DNA from: Octopus vulgaris
Taxonomy: Eukaryota
NCBI GenBank assembly: GCA_951406725.2
Contig: OX597815.1
Coordinates: 135,904,001-135,968,000, forward strand
Direction: 5' to 3'
Length of the DNA: 64,000 nucleotides
The notes beneath the pieces are model-generated. The model ran no database searches, was not told the origin of the DNA, and worked only from the letters and a program-made list of their open reading frames with translations. Both the position numbers and the translations under genes were made by a program. This document shows positions 1-12,259 of this stretch, piece after piece; the stretch's first letter is position 1, and every line of letters begins with the position of its first letter.

Positions 1-162
1 ACATTCTCGATAGCAGCCGAGAAGATTGAAGTAATGTCAACGGCACAGGTGGAAAGGGCGCTCCAACCAGTCTGGCAGAAAATTACCTACCTCGCCAAAG
101 GTAGAAAATTTGGAACGGTGGAGGTGTGACTTCGGGAGGTAGATACTACCAAACTTCATTCA

Positions 163-657
163 GTGACACCGCTGAAAAATAATGAAGTAGTTCTTCTGCC
201 CGTTTACCTTGGAAGACGTGCGTCCAGGGTTAGGGTAGATGAAATAACCCCGGAGGTCGATGTAGTCTGGCTGGTGGCTACCATACTGCGAGGAATGGAG
301 GAGAATGTGGTGGTCCTACAGGCTACCAGAAAACCGCATAGGAACTGGCAGGGACAAACACTTGGTATGGTGGTACAAGTGGCGGAGGAATATTTAGAAA
401 AGGTAGTAAAGAACATCACAGTTCGAGATACAACGTTGAAAGTCAGAGTAGAGGGAAGAATTCCGAGATGCTATAAATGTGATCTGAAATGCCACATTAG
501 AGCGAAGTGCCCTCCACCATCGGAAAAGGCTAAAGAGAATGAGAAATTGGTAGGTGCTTCACAGCCCATGGAGGAGAAGCTAAGAGATATGGTACTACAG
601 TGTACCAGCATCGAAAAAGAGAAGAAAAAAGAGGAAGACACATGTGGTAAGGGATGA
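163..657 (+). mobile_element. Degraded gag-like/ORF1 fragment with CCHC zinc knuckle (probable non-LTR retrotransposon ORF1)
   Basis: CYKCDLKCHIRAKC matches C-x2-C-x4-H-x4-C and follows a V-x-VEGR motif. The frame is broken upstream (tga at ~127) and no ORF2 follows. Confidence 0.5.
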
Positions 658-1589
658 CCCCCAACCCATACCCACTCTACCCCCACCACTCCCTGCAGAC
701 ACCAGCCCTCCCCATGCCCAGTCTGACAAAGAAACGTTTGCAAACACACAGGAACCTCCAATTTACCCACCCCGCCCTGTAAGGAGAAATGTGTTAATGT
801 TTTAATTGGAATACTGTGACTACAAGTGGTAGAAGAAACAAAATGACACCAGTACAATACTGGAAAGTATAAGGTACGTGGATATCTTAAAGAAATACAA
901 AATAGACATTTTAGAAAAAGATATGGACTAACTGTTGTTAACGAACTGTTGTATAAACGGTGGTTGCAAATAATTATACAAATGGTGCAGAAATAATTGT
1001 TTTCAAAAAAATTTCAAAAAAAGTTGTTGCAAAGGGTTCAGTGAAGTCACCCGGAGGTGGGGCCGAGCTGCCTCATTCCATCTTTTCATTATTAATTCAT
1101 TCTTTTCATTCGTTCTGTTTTGTTTGTTTTTTTACCCCTACCTTGTGTTGTCCCCTCTATTTAAGGCCTTCCCAACCACATGGTCCTGGGTTCAGTCCCA
1201 CTATTATAGCCTCGGACTGACGAAAGCCTTGTAAGTAGATTTGGTAGATGTAAACTGAAAGAAGCCCGTTTTATATCAATATATATACTGAACTGCAAAG
1301 GAAACGTAGCTCTGTAAAAGATTATTTGTTTCACACACGGTATTGAGATTATATGGATTTTATCACATTTCTTGGTAATTTGATATCAGAAAGATGCCAC
1401 TGACCTACAGCACCATTCTATTTTGAAAACACAAGGACAGCATGTAGAGTTCGAACTCGCTCACTTTTCGTGAACATGGTAATGCTCGCGAACGCATCTT
1501 TATGACTCATTGGGTAGAAAAAGCACCCAAGTTTACCAGCCTATCATTCGTTTCCCGAACGCAGCAAGCATGCCATAACTGACAGGAAA

Positions 1590-2450
1590 TCAGAGGGAGC
1601 AAGCCATTGGAGGTCTTCATTCTCGTCAATGTCCATGGGTCATTGCTAATGATATTAACAGCGGTATTCGGATAACAGCGGTTTGAGGGAACGATACATG
1701 CCATAAATAGCACCGATGATCGTCCATGTAGTGGCCGAACGAGGGTTACAACGATACACCAAGATCGCTACCTGCACCGACAGCACTTGCAGGAGCAATT
1801 CTAGAAGGCAAAAGAATCAGCTAGGCAGACCATAGTGACTCACTACAGACCCATTTTTGTAGAGACAGTTCGCCGCCGGCTGAGATCTTTCAATCTGTCT
1901 TGTCGACATCCGACTAGATGCCCTATACTCACAGATCGTCATCGACGGGATCGTCTGCGGTGGGCTCAAAAACGTCAGAACTGGTAATACCAGCAATGAA
2001 GGACTGTAGCCTTCTCTGACGAAAGTTGATATTGCATTTATGTGACAAATGACAGAGCTAGGGTTGGGGAAGAAGGGGTGAATGTCACGCCGATGACTGT
2101 GTGGTGGAGAGATTCATGGGGAGGACAGGCATCATGGTATGTGGCAGGATTGCATTCCACCAGAAGCTTGGACCGGTGGTCTTCCAAAACATCAGTCAAA
2201 GCCGGAGCAATGAAGTAACCACTGCCCGTTACGTCAACCAAATGTTGAGGCCTCACATTGTGTCATACTTTACTCGTCATCAAAATCACGTGTTCCAACA
2301 TGACAACGTCTGTTAACAACATACTTCCTCCAACAGCGCAACATCCAGACACTGCCATAGCCTGCTCTAAGTCTGGACTTGAATCCCATAGAGCACCTGT
2401 GAGACGAAATCCAAAGAAAGCAAAATGACATCCGGCCAAGACCGACAACT
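1590..2450 (+). mobile_element. Degraded Tc1-family transposase relic
   Basis: Manual translation across stops gives DRPCSGRTRVTT..QDRYL, TVRRRLR, ILTDRHRRDRLRWAQ, FSDES, FQHDN and S-x-DLNPIEHL, the typical Tc1 HTH and DDE motifs. Confidence 0.8.
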
Positions 2451-2519
2451 GCTATTTAGTATATGCGCGACGTTTCTTTCGTGGTTTAGTTTGTGGGTAG
2501 ACGTGCGAGCACACGTTTT

Positions 2520-2740
2520 GTGTCTGTGTCCGTCCCTGCCACCACCCTTGACAACCGGTGCTGGTGAATTTACGTCCCCGTAACTTAGCGATTCGGCAAA
2601 AGAGCCCAAAAGAATAAGTACCAGGCTTATAAAAAATAAGTACTGGGGTCGAGATATTCAACTAAAAATTTTCAAGGTGGTGCCACAGCATGGCCGCAGT
2701 CTAATGACTGAAAGAAGTTAAAAAAATAGAAAAGGAAAAA
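2520..2740 (+). mobile_element. SINE family B, 3' half
   Basis: ttgacaaccggtgctggtg..tacgtccccgtaacttagcg..ggtggtgccacagcatggccgcagtctaatgactgaaa matches the full copies at 43067-43477 and 50094-50500. Confidence 0.8.
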
Positions 2741-2748
2741 ATATATAT

Positions 2749-3543
2749 GAACTCTTGAAATCCCCAACAAAAATAGGGAAAACCCTAATTCTCTGGCAGA
2801 AATTAAACAGCTTGTCTTTTCAGAATCAGTGATCCAAATTATGTCTGAAAATTACGTCCTGTAGACGCTGTCCTCTACAAAAGCATTCTGCCGTTGTGAC
2901 TCCCCATTGCTCGGAGCAACATCTCTGTTGGTTTTTCACGAATTTCGTCTTGAATTCTTTGTTTCAATTCATCCAGTGTCCTTGGCCGAGCCGTGTAGAC
3001 CCGACTCTAGTGACAGCTCTACATGAAAAAATTACAAACGGATTCGATGATCTTGGGGCCCATTGATGGTCACCGAATATTGAGATGACATAGCTACCGA
3101 ACAAATTTCGCACAACTGCCATTGATTACTTTGTAGTGTGCGATGTGGCATCATCCTATTGTCGTGTGTGTGATGTTTCACCATCCTATTGTAGTGTGCG
3201 ATGTCGTACCATCGGGAAGTTGCGGAAAATTGTTCAATGCAGGTGCAACAGATTGCACCATCTCAACATATCGTTCCGAAGTCACAGTCGTTGTGATACC
3301 CGCTTCATTTCCGAAAACGTAAGGTTCGATAACGCTGTGAGACGTAACTGCACACTAAACCGTTACTTGCTGCCGTGTAAAGGACGTTCATGAAATTCTT
3401 TAGGGTTGCTATCTACAGGATGTAATTTTCAGACATTAATAATTTGCATTACCGATTCTTAAACGGCAAGTTACTTAATTTCTGTCAATAAATTCTCTTT
3501 TCTTAGATAATATTCCTATTTTTGTTGAGTTTTTCAAGAGTTC
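2749..3543 (-). mobile_element. Internally deleted Tc1/mariner-superfamily DNA transposon with ~90-bp imperfect TIRs
   Basis: Left end gaactcttgaaa..caacaaaaatagg..cagaaattaa mirrors right end ttaatttctg..cctatttttgttg..tttcaagagttc. Minus-strand remnants include TVTSERY, DGTTSHT, VVRNLFG..VIS..GD..W.PRS and PRTLDELKQRIQDEI. Confidence 0.75.
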
Positions 3544-3599
3544 ATTATTTACATTATTTACATTAGACGGATATGTTTTCTCATCTTGTTTGTTGTTAC

Positions 3600-3641
3600 C
3601 ACAACGTTTCGGCTGATTTACTCTCCAGCCTTCATCAGGTG
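3600..3641 (-). ncRNA. Minimal type I hammerhead-like motif (family H2)
   Basis: Reverse complement reads cac CTGATGA a ggctg gagagtaaat cagcc GAAA CG TT gtg: canonical core, 5-bp stem II, stem III reduced to palindrome AACGTT, 3-bp stem I. Confidence 0.6.
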
Positions 3642-3702
3642 TCCTGGTAGAGTTTTGGACCCAACCCTAGGTTCTCATTCATAAGGTATTTTTTGCTGAT
3701 GC

Positions 3703-3710
3703 TGTTGTTG

Positions 3711-3787
<77 letters not shown>

Positions 3788-3788
3788 G
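3703..3788. repeat. (TTG)n/(TTA)n microsatellite
   Basis: Direct reading. Confidence 0.95.
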
Positions 3789-4246
3789 AGTGAGAGAGCA
3801 GTGCATGCCATCAAAGTGACACTGGGGTAAAATATACGAAACCCAATATACCCATCATGACTAACCGTCTGATAAAGGTACACCAGGCACATGCATCACA
3901 ACCATATGTGCGCGACATGGTGATCTCATATCAAGATAAACAGCACATGACCTTGCAGGTGGGGCCCAGTTAGAATTTTCTTCAGGTTGAGTAGCCCATC
4001 CCGCTGAAAAGGTCCCTGAATAAGGGTTGTTTAAGGATGTTGAAAGAACCACCCATGTTTCCAGAGGTGAATTATTCAAACCCCAAAGAATCCCTCTCAA
4101 CACATGGCTATGATGCTCCCCCACTACTTCTGCTCGTGATCAGAGATGCACATATCGTCAGCCACTAAGGGACATGCTCAACTGGTTAAGGTCAAACAAC
4201 TGACAAGCAAATCTGTGGTATTGAGCAGAATGTTTGCTGTAGCCCT
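3786..4246 (-). mobile_element. ~460-bp non-coding interspersed element bounded by (TTA)n on both sides
   Basis: GC-richer block with sharp boundaries against TTA repeats. The minus strand ends ...ctctctcactc followed by (AAT)n, like a retroposon tail. Confidence 0.5.
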
Positions 4247-4252
4247 ATTATC

Positions 4253-4286
<34 letters not shown>

Positions 4287-4378
4287 ATATTATTATTATT
4301 ATTATCACTATTATTATTATTGTTTAATAAATAATAATAACACCAGCAAAAAAATAACTTATGAATGAGAACCTAGGA

Positions 4379-4420
4379 CACCTGATGAAGGCTGGAGAGT
4401 AAATCAGCCGAAACGTTGTG
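4379..4420 (+). ncRNA. Minimal type I hammerhead-like motif (family H2), inverted partner of 3600-3641
   Basis: cac CTGATGA a ggctg gagagtaaat cagcc GAAA CG TT gtg. The flanks 4345-4462 are an inverted copy of ~3560-3700. Confidence 0.6.
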
Positions 4421-4554
4421 GTAACAACAAACAAGATGAGGACATATATCCGTCTAATGTACAGAATTCCTCATCTCAAAAATATAGAACAGCATTTTTC
4501 AAAAGTTCCCGTTTTTTGGCGGGGTGGGGGAGTCACCCTATATACATAATATGT

Positions 4555-4597
<43 letters not shown>

Positions 4598-5244
4598 GAT
4601 GCGTTTATTCTTACGTAAAATGGTATATAACAACAGTCACCCAACAGTTGATATTTTTGAGCAGGTTTTACATATATTTTACAAAGGAAAGACACGTCAG
4701 GACTTCTTTGGGCATCCTTTGTTTTTGTTCTTTTCAAGTTTTCTGTATAATTTTAATTCAACACGTGAGTGCTTGCAGTGTTAATTTTGTTTAATAATGT
4801 ACCTTTGTCGAGTAAAACCTCTTTATAGGTTGTTTGAGTGTGTGCGTTGATATGAGTTATTTAATAGATATTGACATTTTAAAATGAAACAAAAATTTTT
4901 TCAGATGTACATAAAGGGAGAATATGAAGAGACAGTAGAGTAGAATAAGGAGGAGGGAGAACAATGGAAAAGAAGAGAAAGAAGGAGTTGGTATACAGTG
5001 GCGGAGAAAAAAGATGAATCTTTGATTTGTGCTTTGCTGGAAGTCAGTTTGCTATGATGGAAAGGTGCAAAACAAACGCCATGTAAACCTGTCCTCTGTG
5101 TTGCAATACCCTCTTCTTTTTGTCCTTTTCCCACACTCCGCCCTTCTCTTCTTCATCGCTTCTTTTACTACTTCGTTTCCCTTCCCATGTCCTTGTGTAT
5201 ATCTATTGAAATATTTTATCTTCAATGTAATATATTGATATATA

Positions 5245-5460
5245 TTGGCTTCAAATTTTGTCAAAAGGCCAGCAGTTTTGGGGCAAGTGGTAAGTCAATT
5301 ACATTGGCCCCAGTGCATAACTGGTACTTATTTTATCGACCCTGAAAGACGGAAAAGTAGAGTCGACCTCGGCAGAATATAAACTAAGAACGTAAAGACG
5401 GACGACATGGCGCTCAGCATTTTTCCTGGCGTTGTAACAATTCTTCCTGCCCGCAGTCTT
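5245..5460 (-). mobile_element. SINE family A (tRNA-derived), diverged
   Basis: ccccagtgcataactggtacttattttatcgaccctgaaag..agtcgacctcggcagaat is the reverse complement of the family A core. Confidence 0.75.
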
Positions 5461-5498
5461 TTTATGTATTAAGATATATATATATATATATATATATA

Positions 5499-5935
5499 TG
5501 TAGGTCGCGGGTTGATTCGGGGTTTACCACAGTAAATAAGGTACTCAATACATAGCAGAGTAAAATTAATTTATTATAGAAGGAGCTTCTACAGGACTAG
5601 AACTGTTTCATTCAAGAGAAATATATATATATATGTAGGTCCCGGGTTGATTCGGGGTTAACCACAGTAAATAAGGTACTCAATACATAGCAGAGTAAAA
5701 TTAATTTATTATATAGAAGGAGCTTCTACAGGACTAGAACTGTTTCATTCAAGAGAAATCTTCAGGAAGCTAGTTAACAAGAATTGTATTGGCATTTATA
5801 CATTTAGGCAGGTTTAAAGGGGTGTTGGTGGGGGGACTTTTTTGGGGTAGGCATAGCGCAAAATATCATACTTGGGGGAGTGGTCAAGGAGTCAGTGTTA
5901 AATTAGATAGAAGAATAAATAAAAAAAATTAAAAA
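5499..5935 (-). mobile_element. HHR-bearing element family H1: partial tandem copy (5499-5621) plus longer copy (5635-~5935)
   Basis: gtaggtc(c)cgggttgattcggggtt..cagagtaaaattaatttatt..gaaggagcttctacaggactagaactgtttcattcaagagaaat occurs twice, separated by (TA)n. It is shared with the 13.5-14.3, 46.9 and 47.7 kb copies. Confidence 0.8.
5721..5771 (-). ncRNA. Type I hammerhead ribozyme motif (family H1)
   Basis: Reverse complement: agcttc CTGAAGA tttc tctt gaat GAAA cag ttctagtc ctg TA gaagct. It has a 6-bp stem I, CUGANGA and GAAA cores, a 3-bp stem III and a GUA cleavage triplet. Confidence 0.8.
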
Positions 5936-7170
5936 ATTAAAAAATTAAAAAATTAAAAAATTAAAAAATTAAAAAATTAAAAATTATATATATATAAAAA
6001 AAGGGGGGAGTAGAGTGTTAGGTAAATAAGGAGATTCTCACTTATACCTATGCACATATGTATACATATATACACACACATACAAACATACACACACATA
6101 TATATACATATATATACACTTACACATACATATACATATCTACACATACACATATATGTATACCTATGCACATATGTATACATATATACACACACATACA
6201 AACATACACACACATATATATACATATATATACACTTACACATACATATACATATCTACACATACACATATATGTATACATACACACACTCACATGCATA
6301 CACGTATACACACATGCATATATACACACACGACCACACATATATATACACACAGAAAAATATATATACACATACACACACATACTCACATACACGCATA
6401 CACACACATATCCACAAACACACATGCACACACAGCACACTAGTCCCTATATACACATATATACACATACACACATATATACATACACACACATACATAT
6501 ACATACATATATATATATATATGTATATATATATACATATGTGTACCTATGCATACCTACACATACACACATATATATATACACATACAAATACAGACCC
6601 ATTCCCTAATTTTAATTTTATTATCTTCGTTTATTACTTATGTTATCTTTGGCCGCTTGGTCACAAACATCTTGGCTATGACAGCCAGTCCATATATCTG
6701 TCTACTGGAAAACAAGCACTCATTCACTCACGCACACTCTTTAGCACGTACACTCACTCACTCGCCCTCCCCCTCTTCTCCTCACTACACCACACGACTT
6801 TACACATCACATCATATATGATGTGCCATACTAATACATACACCAACTAATACATACACCAACTAATACATACTAATACGTACTAATACATACTAATACA
6901 TACTAATACATACACACGTCCAGACCCCTCATACGCACTTATACTCTCTCATACACACACACACACACTTATACATACTAATACGTACTAATACATACTA
7001 ATACATACTAATACATACACCAACCCCATACATACGCACGTCCAGACCTATCCTACGCACTAATACTCTCTCATACACACACACACACACACACACACCC
7101 TTATACATACTAACATACTAATACATACACCAACCCTATACATACACACGTCCAGACCCCTCCTACGCAC
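5925..7170. repeat. Low-complexity block: (AAAAAATT)n, degenerate (CA/TA)n with a ~116-bp tandem duplication, and an ACTAATACAT minisatellite
   Basis: Direct reading. tatacctatgcacatatg recurs at ~6043 and ~6159, and actaatacat is repeated over 6830-7130. Confidence 0.85.
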
Positions 7171-7343
7171 TAATAGCTGGTCATTCAACCCTATTATCAA
7201 CCCTATTATCTCCCCTTATTTCGCTCTCGCGTCTCATGTTTGATCTTTGACCTCTGGCCGAAATCAGATCGCCATGTTGATTCGTTAGTTACTGCACGCA
7301 TTTTTTTCTCTCCTTCTTTCTGTGTTTTTTTTCTCTCTGTGTA

Positions 7344-7381
7344 TCTTTCTGTTGAAGAGCGTAGGCTCGAAACGTTAAAGA
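7344..7381 (+). ncRNA. Minimal hammerhead-like motif with variant core (family H3)
   Basis: tcttt CTGTTGA a gagc gtag gctc GAAA CG TT aaaga: 5-bp stem I, 4-bp stem II and AACGTT palindrome. The core is CUGUUGA instead of CUGANGA. A ~100-bp tail and then (TA)n follow. Confidence 0.55.
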
Positions 7382-7558
7382 CTTGTTTTATTTATATTTC
7401 CTGAGCGCCATACTAATACAATTGTTTGTTTGTTTTCCACCTGCCTTCGTCTTTTGTCTATTTTCATAAAGCTTCCCGTTATATATATATATATATATAT
7501 ATATAAGAAATATTGAATTTCTAAATCCCTCGTAGAGACATGTAAGGTGGTGGGGCGA

Positions 7559-8056
<498 letters not shown>

Positions 8057-8265
8057 GAGATATTTCCACCTCCGTATTCTTAAGAGACCTTGAGCGAACA
8101 TGTTCTTGAGATCTGACAATAAGCCGTAAAGCTAAACCCTTTATGGACGGGAAACCTAAGGTAATACCATAACCCCCCCCCTCATTTTTTATATATACTG
8201 TTCTATATGTTAGAGTATGCGTCTTCTTTCGGATTTATACTTTTACAGATATATATATTTATATG

Positions 8266-8303
<38 letters not shown>

Positions 8304-8304
8304 A

Positions 8305-8354
<50 letters not shown>

Positions 8355-8580
8355 TCATTTAATTCCTTATTTTTAGTCATCAAATCAAATTTCTTACAAA
8401 GGAATTTTTTTATGTCACTTAAAGAAAGTACACTACTAAACCATACCTAACTTGCAAACATATTAGAACACACAAAATATAGTAAAAGAATAAAGGGTAA
8501 AAATGCTTTTAGTCTCATGAAATCACAACCGCGAAATATCAGAGTCACTATGAATAATTTCTTTGTATTTGTGATCATAC

Positions 8581-8614
<34 letters not shown>

Positions 8615-9998
8615 ACAATCTAGTGAAATGGTGAACACAGATGAGTGGAAATAACACTCAACAAATAGTTGAAGTTGTATATATTGAGTAACATATTGAC
8701 TTAACCTGTCATCTAACTTAATTTTTCGTAGACGTATTAATAAAAGATCGTCTACCTCCTCAGACATTCGGAAGAGAAAATAAGAAGAGAGAAAATAAAA
8801 TTCCTTCGTTTGATCAGTTGGTACCACGTTGGTGCAGTGATAACCAGCGACAGCAGATATTAGGTCTAAATAGCAGGCGGAATAATGTAACTTAATCATC
8901 GATGCGTTATATTTAGTACGTAGCGACATCAGTGACTTACAGAGAGAACTGCAGGGAACAGTTAACATTTGTTGATCATATACGGTCACGTGGATATACT
9001 GATAATTCAGCGACTATATATGGTGAAAGGAAAACCCTCCACGTATTTAAGAAGGCATAATAATATTGATGTCACTTAGTCAACGGTGCACGTTTGCCGT
9101 ACACGTGCCTGATGTGTCTGCTGGCTCATTGAAATGTAAAAATGGAGAACTATAAATCCTTGTACGAACAGCAGGTGGTATATCTTGGTTATCGGATAGA
9201 TGGGTGCAGTGGCAGTCTATACATCAAAAGAGCCTATTTCAGTATGAAATATCGGTCTTTTTACTAATGGATACAACAGACTGTTGGAGTGCGTGCAGTT
9301 TTTCTCAGATGTAGAGTCAGCAATTATGAGTCCCGGGCGAGTAAAGTGAAGTCCTGTCAGATATGCTCCATATGATACTGGGGCAAAATGTCACTGTGCT
9401 TACGGAATCTACATATGAAGAAAAACAAGGAAATCAGATCTTCTCTATTCCACTACATCTGAAGGAATACATATGCTGTGAGTATCTTCCCTTGAAGATA
9501 TTAGCTGTTAAGGATGTAATGTGTCGTAATATCATCGGAGGGCTCTATAGACAACGGGTCTCGAGAGGCGGAATCCTCCCAATGGATAACTGGTAGGATT
9601 TCATCAGTTGCAGGTAAAAGTTTGGGGTGGATTTTGAATGAATGCGTCTTTGTCTCTCTCACGGTGTGCGATTTTGAAGGTGACATTATCCAAAAGTGAA
9701 CAAACTAATCTTAACATTATGGATATATCATATTTTTATGTATGTTGTACATGTTATATATATTACATATAGTTATTATATTTTGTATATGCGAAATGTA
9801 TTTCATGTTCATATTAAATACAGCGGTGTTTGTATAGCCTAGTGTTTAAGGTGTTCCTTCATGATGGTGAGAACGTGGTGAAGCTATTCAGGCAACGTTG
9901 ATTTTGAGGGAGAGCGTATGCTAATACATAGCACATACATTTGTTTACCATGAACAAGAAATTGCAGAACCGTCTTTCTCGGACTACGAGAGACTACC

Positions 9999-10450
<452 letters not shown>

Positions 10451-10451
<1 letters not shown>

Positions 10452-11140
10452 AGGAATAAAAAATGGAGTCAACGCAGGTTTAAACAAGTATTTTTTCTTT
10501 CTACATATGTTTCAAAAATTCCACTGATACTTATTCAAAAGAATAAAAGGTATAAACAATGCAATCTTCTCTTCGGGAAAGTGAAAAAACGAAACTTGTC
10601 AATACGACATTTTAGCAAAAAATGATGGATTCGTATAGCGATAGACAGAACGCTATTAATATTGTTTAAAAAAACGTTATATGATATAACGTCATAAGTA
10701 GCTAACAGAAAGAGTAGGGATATTAATAGTGAATGTTAAATATAAAGGAAATTAAAGTCTAGAGACTACTTATATGCACTAAAAGTATGCTTTTGCCAAT
10801 GCTTACATCTGTATGCTCGTTCTATAACCGTGTTTACTAGAGTATTTTTAGAAAAAATAATGAAAAATAGCTCAGAATTGCAGAGAAGACAGAATTTCTT
10901 GCCTTTGTCATATGGTATCGAAATTGAGAGGATCAACCATTCCAAATGAAATTGTTCATTGTGGTCTTTTAAATTCCAAATCAGTTTGCTGAGACCGGTA
11001 CTATTCCGTTTATTTCTATCTTTTAGATATATTGTTTATACCTTTTATTCTTTTGAATAAGTATCAGTGGAATTTTTGAAACATATGTAGAAAGAAAAAA
11101 TACTTGTTTAAACCTGCGTTGACTCCATTTTTTATTCCTA
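10451..11140. mobile_element. Non-coding element with 110-bp inverted repeats carrying a hammerhead fold (family H4)
   Basis: 10451-10560 is the reverse complement of 11031-11140. The element lies between (TA)n tracts. Confidence 0.75.
10497..10581 (-). ncRNA. Type I hammerhead motif with extended stem II (family H4)
   Basis: Reverse complement: ctttc CCGAAGA [gaagattgcattg ... ttattc tttt gaataa ... cagtggaattttt] GAAA catatg TA gaaag. It has a 5-bp stem I, long stem II, palindromic CATATG stem III and variant core CCGAAGA. Confidence 0.65.
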
Positions 11141-11285
11141 TTATTCAAATATTCAACGTAAACACGAAGTTTCAACCTTTATAAACAAGGAGTTACAACA
11201 TCTTTACTTGTGAGATTTTGCTGCCCTGGTAACTATTCATTCATTTATCCGTGTTAATTGTTAACAAGGTAAAATACACTCATCT

Positions 11286-11288
11286 ATT

Positions 11289-11328
<40 letters not shown>

Positions 11329-11427
11329 TATATACATATACATATATATATATACATATACATATATATATATATATACATATATATACATATATATATA
11401 TACATATATATATATACATATATATAC

Positions 11428-11458
<31 letters not shown>

Positions 11459-11611
11459 CATATATACATATATATACATATATATACATGTATATATATA
11501 TACATATATATACATATATATATATACATATATATATATATACATATATATACATATATATATATATACATACATATATATACATATATATATACATACA
11601 TATATATACAT

Positions 11612-11676
<65 letters not shown>

Positions 11677-11678
11677 TA
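11286..11678. repeat. (TA)n/(TACA) microsatellite
   Basis: Direct reading. Confidence 0.95.
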
Positions 11679-12250
11679 AACTTAGATAAACTTAGATATG
11701 TTTCGACCAAAGATTGGTCCAGGCCATGTCTAACTTAATAGCACCACCTGATAGGATTATTCGAATCCTGTTTAAGTCAAGTTTTGTTCAAGTAGTGCGT
11801 TCTTGTTGGGTGAGTTGTATCCAATTATGGGTGGCTTATCTGATATTCTTTGAAGGAATCTATCCAGACTCCGTTTAAAGTTGATGGGATCCTTTCCTCT
11901 TTGATCTCCCTCGGGACAATGTTAAATAGGGCAGGACCTGTTGAGGAAAAGAAATTATGTTGCAGTGTACATGTATGTTGTGATCTTGAATTGGGCAGGG
12001 GACGTATGGCCTGTGGTCCCAGTATTGGATGAACCTTGAAGCTAATGTTAAAGTCGTCTGGGCAAAGTTGGCGGTATATTCTCCACATCGTACAAATGAT
12101 GTACCGCTCACGGCGACGCTGGAGGGAGTAAAGTTTCAAGGCTTTAAAGCGATCCCAATAATCGAGAGCAGCCATGCCTTCAATTCGTTTAGTGAGTGCC
12201 CTCTGGGGTGACTCAATTCTGGAGATGTTTTGTCTTGTATGGGGAGATAC
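11678..12250 (-). mobile_element. 5'-truncated LINE (CR1/L2 group), sister family of the 15-18 kb element
   Basis: ORF 11825-12175 [31 protein letters not shown], with 3' tail caggtggtgctattaagttagacatggcctgg and (tctaagttta) repeats. Flanked by TA repeats. Confidence 0.9.
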
Positions 12251-12259
12251 ATATATATA

